NCBI GenBank assembly: GCA_949297185.1
Contig: CASFRM010000004.1
Span: 8,866-72,865 of the forward strand
Length of the DNA: 64,000 bases
From: an uncultured Pseudomonadota bacterium
Lineage (GTDB): Bacteria; Pseudomonadota; Alphaproteobacteria; RF32; CAG-239
Reading direction: 5' to 3'
Shown here: positions 42,141 through 50,007 of the stretch, piece by piece
Layout of the letters: the number at the start of each line of letters is the position of its first letter
How positions within the stretch are numbered: the stretch's first letter is position 1
The notes under the pieces: generated by a model
What the model saw: only the letters and a program-made list of their open reading frames with translations
The model's database searches: none
What the model was told of the DNA's origin: nothing
Made by a program: the position numbers and the translations under genes

Positions 42141-42833
42141 CTAATTGTTTGTTGCAGGCTGCCCGGCATAGATAAATGCGTTTAACCCTATTCTATAAGG
42201 ACAAGTATAATCACCCGAACCAGACGCTGACACGATCGGAACAAACGAGGTTGCAACTGCAACAGATGAATTACCGGAATATCTACCTTCTTGCTTAGTT
42301 GTATAGCTATACGTGTACTTTGTAAAGCTATGATTATGATATTTACAACTAGAGGATTGCAACTGGTTTATTCCTAGAGCGCTATAAGTTGTAGTAATCG
42401 AACCAGATGTAATTTTTTTAGAACCGAAACCTCTCAAAATAATTCCTCTATAATCCGGCAACTTAGGTGCAGATGAAGTTCCTCCGAATTTTGTTGAAAT
42501 GACCGAATAAAGCTCCGGATATTTTGACGGGCTATAAGTCGTACCATCACACAGCAACCATCCAAGACTCTCGGTAGATGACTTTGAATATTTGATATCC
42601 CCGACTTCTGCATACTTATCACACCTGATATAATTAGCATCCAAAGGGCAAATAAAATATTTATCATAACACTTCCACGAATTTGCCTTGGTTAAATTAT
42701 AGCCCAAATCACTGCAGCTTGGTTTTGTCGGTGCAGCACATACAGACGAAAACGGATAAACACTAATCAACAGCAGCACACACGCTATGCAACACCTAAA
42801 AAAAGCATCTTTCTGACTAACCATCTTCTTCAT
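42141..42833 (-). CDS. S4: secreted Cys-module plus tail-collar-like protein, small form
   Basis: Signal peptide ..YPFSSVCA|AP. CSDLGYNLTKANSWKCYDKYFICPLDANYIRCD, GDIKYS..GWLLCDGTTYSPSKYPELYSVISTKFGG..PKLPDYRGIILRGFG..YHNHS..CPYRIGLNAFIYAG. Confidence 0.85.
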   Translation of the reverse strand: MKKMVSQKDAFFRCCIACVLLLISVYPFSSVCAAPTKPSCSDLGYNLTKANSWKCYDKYFICPLDANYIRCDKYAEVGDIKYSKSSTESLGWLLCDGTTYSPSKYPELYSVISTKFGGTSSAPKLPDYRGIILRGFGSKKITSGSITTTYSALGINQLQSSSCKYHNHSFTKYTYSYTTKQEGRYSGNSSVAVATSFVPIVSASGSGDYTCPYRIGLNAFIYAGQPATNN

Positions 42834-42895
42834 AACAACATCTCCGTTTTTTAACCCATAATCATAACAACAACTTTTTCATAAACTAAAATATA

Positions 42896-42911
42896 TTAAA
42901 AAAAAGATAAC
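42896..42911 (-). promoter_or_regulatory. S-gene upstream motif, S4 copy
   Basis: Coding-strand GTTATCTTTTTTTTAA followed by TATATT lies 62 nt upstream of the S4 ATG. Confidence 0.4.
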
Positions 42912-42974
42912 CTACGCCCCATTTATCGTTTTACCACACCTAAGCACTATTAACAAGATTTTTATTTATAGCAA

Positions 42975-43011
42975 CAACCAAAAAGCCACCTACTCTTTAT
43001 AGGTGGCTTTT
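42975..43011 (-). terminator. grpE rho-independent terminator
   Basis: AAAAGCCACCT-(9 nt)-AGGTGGCTTTT. On the minus strand the stem is followed by TTTTTGGTT. Confidence 0.75.
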
Positions 43012-43022
43012 CAGCGGATTAA

Positions 43023-43574
43023 CTAATTCTTTGTCACAACAACCATTGCTTCTCTTAATATTCTATCGTGAATCATATATCCGGTTTGCACTTCTGCAAT
43101 AATAGTACCTGCCGGTTTAGATTTATCCTCAACTTCTTGTATTACCTGATGAAAATTAGGATCAAACACCGTTCCCATAATATCCATTTTATGAATATCA
43201 AACTTATTGAACACCTTGGTCAAATCATTTTGTGTGAGTTTCACGCCTTCCAACAGACCTTTGCACGCATCATCACCGTTTGAAGCATCTATTGCCCTTT
43301 GCAGATTATCGGCAACTGCCAACAAATCCTTAGCGAAAGATGATATTGCATATTTATTATTTTTTTCAATTTCTTGCTGACATCTTTTTTTAGTATTTTC
43401 AAGCTCGGCATAAGCCCGCAAATAGTCTTCCTTGAGCTTTTGATTTTCGGCATTCAAAGCATCAACATCAACTTTTTCATCTGCGGATTCCACATCTTCA
43501 GACACTTCTTGTGGATTCCCTTCTTCATTCATTTCCAAATTTTCTTCATCTAAATTTTTCTTATTTTTAGTCAT
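43023..43574 (-). CDS. grpE: Nucleotide exchange factor GrpE
   Basis: Acidic N-terminus, coiled coil (LKEDYLRAYAELENTKKR), and C-terminal beta domain (FDPNFHQVI...GYMIHDRILREAMVVV). Confidence 0.95.
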   Translation of the reverse strand: MTKNKKNLDEENLEMNEEGNPQEVSEDVESADEKVDVDALNAENQKLKEDYLRAYAELENTKKRCQQEIEKNNKYAISSFAKDLLAVADNLQRAIDASNGDDACKGLLEGVKLTQNDLTKVFNKFDIHKMDIMGTVFDPNFHQVIQEVEDKSKPAGTIIAEVQTGYMIHDRILREAMVVVTKN

Positions 43575-43625
43575 TTTTCACTTAAGCCCGTTAACAAATA
43601 TTTATACATTCCTCAATATACTAAA

Positions 43626-43671
43626 TATTTAGTGAGTAATACTTGACAAGTCAAGAGCTATGCTTATTAAT
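43626..43671. promoter_or_regulatory. Divergent promoter pair sharing a palindrome that supplies both -35 boxes
   Basis: Palindrome CTTGACAAGTCAAG (43642-43655). Plus strand: TTGACA (43643-43648), then ATTAAT/TTAATA 17-18 nt downstream. Minus strand: TTGACT (43649-43654), 17-nt spacer, TAAATA (43626-43631), facing grpE. Confidence 0.45.
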
Positions 43672-43714
43672 AATAACACAATTAAGCTTTTTTGAGTACG
43701 AAAGACATTTAGAG

Positions 43715-45742
43715 ATGGGCAAAACAAGAATAAACACTGATATTTTACAAAGCACGACATTTTTGCCATCAAAATTCAATAAAAAGAAATTCATCATTAC
43801 CTACACGATTCCTTCAAATCCCTATGCTTTGGAATTACAAAATACCGGAAAGCTACAGTGCTACGGCAGACATCCCTGGCCCCACATTGACAAGATAAAC
43901 GGGTGGATGCTGTCAGCCGAAACCGCCACCTTTATGAAAGCCGGAGGCTTAGGAATGATTGCCTCCGAATTGCCCGAAGCATTTAACCGCCGTTTCCAAG
44001 AACAAGGCGACAGGATAGCCGTTGTAACCCCAATGTATATTGGCGATACCGGTAAGAAAAAAGCATATCTCAAAGATGGTGTATACGAAGGAGCCGAACA
44101 CAAAAGCATCGCTGTAACAAAAATTACCGAATATATAGTTCCGTTTATGAACGAAAAGGAAGAATTTGTAGAATACAAAGTAGATGTATACACCGGAATT
44201 TGCGAACACACTCCCTATGTATTTTTATACAACGAGCACTTTTTCGGCATAGACCCGCACCCCAAAAACCCAACCGCCCAAGACGGGTGCTACATTATGA
44301 ATAAGCATGGTGTCAATGAAGTTGAACGCTTTGCTTTCTTTTCCAAAGCCGTTTTCCTATTAATAAGAGCAGCAATTAAAGACAACAAATCACCAAATGT
44401 CATTATTGCCAATGACTGGCACTCCGGAGCTATCTCCGGCCTAACCAAATACCTGCCGATGGCTCTGCTCAATTCTAAGCAAATAAGCGAAGACGAAGCC
44501 GACAAAATCCGCTCGATTCCCATCATTCACATTGCCCATCACCTGGGATATCAAGGTTGGGACTATGACAATACGGCACGGATTCTAAATTCTTTATATG
44601 AAGAACACACGGCCTTTGTTTTCAAAAATGCCAAGCCGGTCAAAAATTCAAATTCCCGCACCACCAATACGCTGATTGTACACGATTGCTACAATCAGGC
44701 CTCGTGCAATTTCCATTTGGCCGACCGTGTTATTACCGTTTCTAAAAATTACCTTGAAGAAGTATCAAAAGAACTAGGCTTCGGTCATGACTTCCGCGAT
44801 ATCTTAAAAATCCGCAAGGACCATCGCACATTTTTTGGTATTGTAAACGGCTATGATAAAAATCTTATCTCACCCAATGCTCAAAAAATCTCCGATATTA
44901 ATAAATTTTTTGGCGACACTTCGTTCAAAACCTTTGATGAAAATTCTTTGGAATTAAAGAAACATAACAAGGAAGAATTTATCAAACTGATATCTAAACT
45001 TGCCGCCGACAAAGAATACAAAGATAAAATCATACCTTTGATTGAAACCTACAAGTTTGAAGATATCAGTCACAATATCAAAGACGCCGGCAAAGTTCCC
45101 GTTGTCTGTGCTACCTCACGTTTGGTAGAACAAAAGGGATATGATATCGCGGCTCAATCGATTATTGAATGCATGCGCCAACACACATTAAAAGGCCTCG
45201 AAAAGCCTATATTTGTCTTGGGCGGTGCCGGAGATATCGAGCTTTTTGCCATGCTAAAGCGACTCAAAGACAAAGCCGCCAAAATTGACAAAGAAGCCGC
45301 CAAACGAATTTATGTTTTCCGTGGCTACAAAGACCAATTTGCCTATGCCATTCAATTATCGGCCGACTTTTATCTTATGCCCAGCCGTTTTGAACCATGC
45401 GGGTTAACCCAGATGGAAGCCTTTGCCAAAGGCTCTCTTCCGGTTGCCATGTCCACCGGCGGCTTGGTTGACACCATAGAAGATAAGGTTGATGGATTCC
45501 GCACCGAAGTATTTTTCAGCGACAACCGCCACGTCTATGGCAACAACATTACCGCACGCCGCGTCAAAACCAACGAAAACGCCTATACCGAAACTCTTGA
45601 TAAAGCTCTCGGCACTTTCTACGAAAACCCAGAACTTATTTTTGATATGCAGAAAAAAGCCATGCAAAAAGACTTTAGCTGGGATGTTAAGGACGGTTCA
45701 CTGGAAAAATATAGTAATCTGCTAAGATACGGACATCTGTAA
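43715..45742 (+). CDS. Glycogen/starch-synthase-like GT5 glycosyltransferase, unusually long (~675 aa)
   Basis: FMKAGGLGMIASELPEAF (KxGGL motif), ANDWHSG, and C-terminal LMPSRFEPCGLTQMEAFAKGSLPVAMSTGGLVDTIED. ATG at 43715 is preferred; the ORF-track TTG at 43643 coincides with the -35 box. Confidence 0.75.
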   Translation: MGKTRINTDILQSTTFLPSKFNKKKFIITYTIPSNPYALELQNTGKLQCYGRHPWPHIDKINGWMLSAETATFMKAGGLGMIASELPEAFNRRFQEQGDRIAVVTPMYIGDTGKKKAYLKDGVYEGAEHKSIAVTKITEYIVPFMNEKEEFVEYKVDVYTGICEHTPYVFLYNEHFFGIDPHPKNPTAQDGCYIMNKHGVNEVERFAFFSKAVFLLIRAAIKDNKSPNVIIANDWHSGAISGLTKYLPMALLNSKQISEDEADKIRSIPIIHIAHHLGYQGWDYDNTARILNSLYEEHTAFVFKNAKPVKNSNSRTTNTLIVHDCYNQASCNFHLADRVITVSKNYLEEVSKELGFGHDFRDILKIRKDHRTFFGIVNGYDKNLISPNAQKISDINKFFGDTSFKTFDENSLELKKHNKEEFIKLISKLAADKEYKDKIIPLIETYKFEDISHNIKDAGKVPVVCATSRLVEQKGYDIAAQSIIECMRQHTLKGLEKPIFVLGGAGDIELFAMLKRLKDKAAKIDKEAAKRIYVFRGYKDQFAYAIQLSADFYLMPSRFEPCGLTQMEAFAKGSLPVAMSTGGLVDTIEDKVDGFRTEVFFSDNRHVYGNNITARRVKTNENAYTETLDKALGTFYENPELIFDMQKKAMQKDFSWDVKDGSLEKYSNLLRYGHL

Positions 45743-45834
45743 AACTACTGTTTATTGCCGCAGATTCTTGTTGCGAAAACAGGGATAATTCCTTACAATC
45801 ACTTTCATGTTAAGTATAATGTAAGGACAATAAA

Positions 45835-46545
45835 ATGCGTGCATCAAATCGTCAAAACAATCAACTTCGTAATATAGAATTTATCACCAACTTTAATCCC
45901 TATGCCGAAGGCTCTTGCTTGGTTAAATACGGCAACACTCATGTTATCTGCACGGCCTCGGTTGATGAAAAGGTTCCCTCTTGGCTCAAAGGGCAAGAAA
46001 AAGGCTGGATTACCGCCGAATATGCCATGCTCCCAAGGTCGACCCAAACCCGCGTCCAAAGAGAAAGCAAAAAGCCCTCCGGCCGCACCCAAGAGATTCA
46101 AAGACTTATCGGACGTTCATTGCGTTCTGTAGTTGACTTAAGCAAAATGCAAGAAATCTGCATAACTATTGATTGCGATGTTATTCAGGCCGACGGCGGC
46201 ACCAGAGTTGCCTCAATTTCCGGCGGCTTTATCGCCCTATACATAGCAATTCAAAAGCTATTGCAAGAAGGCAAAATTTCCGAAAATCCCATCAGAGAAT
46301 TTGTTGCCGCGGTTTCCTGTGATATTTATGAAGGCGAAACAATTATTGATGTAGACTACAATGAAGATTCCAACTCTCAAGTAGATATGAATTTTATTAT
46401 GACCGAAAGCGGTAAGATTGTCGAAATTCAAGGCACTGCCGAGGGCGAACCATTCAGCGAAGAAGAATTTAATCAACTTTTGCAAATGGGCAAACAAGGT
46501 ATCAAAGAAATCATTGCCAAACAAAAGGAAGCACTGTCATGTTAA
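45835..46545 (+). CDS. rph: Ribonuclease PH
   Basis: MRASNRQNNQLRNIEF..., YAEGSCLVKYGNTHVIC, DCDVIQADGGTRVASISG. Confidence 0.95.
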   Translation: MRASNRQNNQLRNIEFITNFNPYAEGSCLVKYGNTHVICTASVDEKVPSWLKGQEKGWITAEYAMLPRSTQTRVQRESKKPSGRTQEIQRLIGRSLRSVVDLSKMQEICITIDCDVIQADGGTRVASISGGFIALYIAIQKLLQEGKISENPIREFVAAVSCDIYEGETIIDVDYNEDSNSQVDMNFIMTESGKIVEIQGTAEGEPFSEEEFNQLLQMGKQGIKEIIAKQKEALSC

Positions 46546-47126
46546 AAGAATTGGTAATTGCCTCACATAATCAGGGCAAAATTAACGAGTTCAAGCAAAT
46601 GCTCGAACCTTTGGGTGTAAAGATTTATTCGGCATCAGAACTTAACCTGCCCGATGTTGAAGAAACCGGCACTACTTTTCACGAAAATGCCGCACTTAAA
46701 GCCGAAGCATTATCAAAAATATCCGGCAAACCTTGCTTAGCTGACGATTCAGGTCTTTGTGTTGATGCTTTGGGCGGTCGCCCCGGAGTTTATTCCGCCC
46801 GCTATGCCCCCAACCGCGATTTTGACAAAGCCATGACCATGCTCATAAACGAGCTCAAAGATAGCGGCTCTGATGATTGGTCGGCACATTTTTCTTGCGT
46901 ACTTGCCCTAAAAGAACCGGATAAACCGACCAGATTCTACGAAGGCAAAGTAGAAGGTATTATAACTGCCGACCGTAGAGGTTCCAACGGTTTTGGCTTT
47001 GACCCTGTTTTCATCCCGCAAGGTTATGAAAGAACCTTTGCCGAAATGAGCTCGGAAGAAAAACGAAATCTTTCCCACCGTGGCAAAGCCGTTGCCGCCT
47101 TTTTACAAAAGGAATTTAATGCCTAA
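46539..47126 (+). CDS. rdgB: dITP/XTP pyrophosphatase (RdgB/HAM1)
   Basis: LVIASHNQGKINEF, DDSGLCVDALGGRPGVYSARY, GFGFDPVF, SHRGKA. Confidence 0.9.
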   Translation: MLKELVIASHNQGKINEFKQMLEPLGVKIYSASELNLPDVEETGTTFHENAALKAEALSKISGKPCLADDSGLCVDALGGRPGVYSARYAPNRDFDKAMTMLINELKDSGSDDWSAHFSCVLALKEPDKPTRFYEGKVEGIITADRRGSNGFGFDPVFIPQGYERTFAEMSSEEKRNLSHRGKAVAAFLQKEFNA

Positions 47127-50007
47127 GATATATAATGTTTCAAGTTCCAACAGCTTTGTTGAAACTCTTGCAAACAAGCTTTTGCAAGAATATTCAAACA
47201 ATGAATTAGCCTTAGCCGGAGTTTTAATTCTTCTGCCCAATCGCCGTGCTTGTCGCAGTTTGACAGAGGCTTTTGTAAGGCAAAAAGGCATGTCCCCGAC
47301 CCTATTGCCGCAAATGCGTGCCATCGGAGATGTTAAAGAAGACGAACTCATATTAAGCGGCATGAACTCGGCCGAGGAGTTCTTAAGTTTACCTCCTGCT
47401 ATTAATGATTTGGAACGCACCATGCTGTTTATGCGTCTGATAATGGGGCGACACCAAGAATTCGGACTTGTAGAAATATCTCCGGCTCAAGCCTGCTATC
47501 TGGCACAAGAACTCGGCAACTTGATTGACAATGCCGATATGCAGGAACTAAATTGGGATAATCTCAAAAATATTGTCCCCGAAGAATATGCCTCTCACTG
47601 GCAAGAAACTCTAAAATTTTTAAGTATTATCACCACCTACTGGCCCAGTATTTTATCCGAACGCGGAGTAATTGATGCCGGCAAACGCAAAAGCATTCTG
47701 CTTTATAAACAAAGTGAGCTATGGCAAAAAAATCCACCGACGCAAAGAATTATCATTGCCGGCTCAACCGCAGTTTCTCCGGCGATGAAAGAATTGGTAA
47801 AAACGGTTTTATCATTACCGCAAGGCGAAGTATGGCTGTCAGGATTAGATACTCTGCTTGAAGATGAAGCCTGGGATATGGTTGACGACACCCATCCGCA
47901 ATTTGAGCTCAAACAACTTTTAGAATTTCTAAATATCTCAAGACACGATGTTATTCCGGCTGTTTTGCCGCAAAATCCGCAACGCGAAAAACTAATCAGC
48001 GAAATTATGCGTCCGGCCGCATCGACCCAAAAATGGCAGCACCTTGCCAACAATTTTGATTCTGTTGCATTATCAGGTATAAATCTTACCGAATACAAGG
48101 ACACCCGTTGCGAGGCACTCGGAATTGCCATACTCATCCGCCAAACTTTGGAAACCGAAGGTAAAACCATAGCTCTTATAACTCCGGACCGAACTTTGGC
48201 TCGCCGTGTTGCTTCCGAACTCAAAAGATGGAACATTGTTGTCGATGATTCAGCCGGTATACCTCTGGCACAAACCGCTTGGGGCATATTTATGCGCCTT
48301 TGCTTAAAAGCATCACTACAAGATGCCGACAAAGTCACGATCCTGTCTTTATTAAAAACCGAACTTTTTGCTTGCGGATATCCGCTTTCGCAAAAACAAA
48401 ATTTGGTTTCTCGCTTAGATAAAAATTTATGGCGTTCGGCACTTGAAGACGAAGCAGCTACAGAGTTTTTGCAAAAGATAACCGAAAAAGCTGCAGATTT
48501 AAGACGGCTTCTGGCCCAAGAAAGAGCATCTCTGCCGGATTTATTAAAAACCCATACTCGTTTAGCCGAAGACTTAAGCTCTACCGAACAAGAAGCCGGC
48601 TCTGCCAGATTGTGGCAAGATGACGACGGCGAAGCCGGAGCCGCATTTATCTCCTCTTGGTTGGAAGAGGCCGCAACTTTGGGCGAAATAAGCACCGAAG
48701 AATATCCTTCGTTTTTTGATGCAATGATGAACGGGATAATGGTCAGAAGCAAACACAAATCACATCCCCGCGTCAAAATCTTAGGTCCGATAGAAGCCCG
48801 CCTTAACCACTACGATACTGTGATACTGGGTGAAGTTACCGAAGGCGTATGGCCGCTTACCATAAGTGCAGACCCCTGGATGTCGCGTCCGATGAAAAAA
48901 GATTTTGGCTTTTTCCTCCCCGAAAGACAAGTCGGAGTACTTGGACTTGATTTTAGCAATCTTCTGGGAGCCAAAGAGGTATATCTGACCCATGCCAAAA
49001 GCAAAGACAGTACCCCGACCATCAAGTCGCGTTGGTGGATGAGATTAGAAACCATTCTGCAAAGTTTAGGTCTCCCCAAAGAATATCTGTCATCTTCCCC
49101 GCTTTCGCAATGGAGCGAAGATATAGACAAGCCTCAAGAATTTATCAAAATTTCTGCTCCGTCACCCAAACCTCCGGTTTATGCCCGTCCTCGCAAAATG
49201 TCGGCCAGCGCCGTAGAAAAACTAATGCGTGACCCCTACAATGTTTTTGCCGAATATATACTAAAGCTCAAACCTCTTGACGATTTGGAAGCCGAAATGG
49301 ATATGTCAGACTTTGGCACTCTTGTTCACAAAATACTTGAAAATTTCTGCCGTACTTATCCTCACCAATACCCCAAAGATGCCCAATCTATACTTCTTAA
49401 CATGGGCGAAGAAGCCTTTACCGCCCAATCGGTAACCACAGAGAAAAGAGCTTTTTGGTGGCCCAAGTACCAAAAGATGGTCGATTGGATTGTTAAAAAC
49501 GAAGAAGATTATCGTCATAATATTCAAAATATTTATTGCGAAACCTGGGGAAGTATGAATATTCCCAACCTCCCCGGCAGTGACTTTGAAATTTATGCCA
49601 AAGCCGACCGTATTGATAAAAATATTGACGGTACACTAAATATAATTGACTACAAAACCGGACACACCCGTAGTGCCAACGAGATAAAAAGCGGCTATTA
49701 TCCGCAACTTCCGCTCGAAGCCCTGATTGCAGCAAGCGGCGGCTTTGATGGAATTCCGGCGGCAGATGTATCATCTTTAATGTATTGGAGATTAGGCGAT
49801 AAAGTTATTGCCATAGACGAGGAAACCGCCGAAATCATGAATAACACCAAAGAAAACCTTATCCGCCTGATTAATATTTTTGACTTTGCCGAAACCGGAT
49901 ACTTAAGCCGTCCCAACCCCAAACACCTTGATGAATATTCAAAATACGAACATCTTGCCCGTGTCCGTGAATGGTCGGTAAAAGACGAAGATGAAGGAGG
50001 CGAATAA
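47119..50007 (+). CDS. addB: Double-strand break repair protein AddB (alphaproteobacterial type)
   Basis: Start at MPKIYNVSSSNSF is preferred (8-nt overlap with rdgB). C-terminal PD-(D/E)XK nuclease motif ADRIDKN..GTLNIIDYKTG. Directly precedes addA. Confidence 0.85.
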   Translation: MPKIYNVSSSNSFVETLANKLLQEYSNNELALAGVLILLPNRRACRSLTEAFVRQKGMSPTLLPQMRAIGDVKEDELILSGMNSAEEFLSLPPAINDLERTMLFMRLIMGRHQEFGLVEISPAQACYLAQELGNLIDNADMQELNWDNLKNIVPEEYASHWQETLKFLSIITTYWPSILSERGVIDAGKRKSILLYKQSELWQKNPPTQRIIIAGSTAVSPAMKELVKTVLSLPQGEVWLSGLDTLLEDEAWDMVDDTHPQFELKQLLEFLNISRHDVIPAVLPQNPQREKLISEIMRPAASTQKWQHLANNFDSVALSGINLTEYKDTRCEALGIAILIRQTLETEGKTIALITPDRTLARRVASELKRWNIVVDDSAGIPLAQTAWGIFMRLCLKASLQDADKVTILSLLKTELFACGYPLSQKQNLVSRLDKNLWRSALEDEAATEFLQKITEKAADLRRLLAQERASLPDLLKTHTRLAEDLSSTEQEAGSARLWQDDDGEAGAAFISSWLEEAATLGEISTEEYPSFFDAMMNGIMVRSKHKSHPRVKILGPIEARLNHYDTVILGEVTEGVWPLTISADPWMSRPMKKDFGFFLPERQVGVLGLDFSNLLGAKEVYLTHAKSKDSTPTIKSRWWMRLETILQSLGLPKEYLSSSPLSQWSEDIDKPQEFIKISAPSPKPPVYARPRKMSASAVEKLMRDPYNVFAEYILKLKPLDDLEAEMDMSDFGTLVHKILENFCRTYPHQYPKDAQSILLNMGEEAFTAQSVTTEKRAFWWPKYQKMVDWIVKNEEDYRHNIQNIYCETWGSMNIPNLPGSDFEIYAKADRIDKNIDGTLNIIDYKTGHTRSANEIKSGYYPQLPLEALIAASGGFDGIPAADVSSLMYWRLGDKVIAIDEETAEIMNNTKENLIRLINIFDFAETGYLSRPNPKHLDEYSKYEHLARVREWSVKDEDEGGE

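Noticed and set aside
43575-43660. Search for a CIRCE element or an RpoH-type (CTTGAA-N16-17-CCCCAT) promoter upstream of grpE
   Set aside because: No acceptable match was found by eye. Only the sigma70-like TTGACT-N17-TAAATA was seen.
43643-43714. TTG start given by the ORF track for the GT5 gene
   Set aside because: The TTG is the first three bases of a TTGACA -35 box inside the promoter palindrome. The first ATG (43715) gives a sensible N-terminus.
45793-45820. TTACAA-N16-TATAAT promoter-like sequence upstream of rph
   Set aside because: The -10 ends only 14 nt before the ATG, so the predicted start would fall within or after the AAGGA RBS. The geometry is implausible unless the mRNA is nearly leaderless, so it was not listed as a feature.
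47703-48776. 357-aa minus-strand ORF, the longest unassigned ORF
   Set aside because: It lies fully antisense within addB. It has Ser/Ala/Cys-rich low-complexity composition and no start context. addB continuity and its nuclease motif support the + frame.
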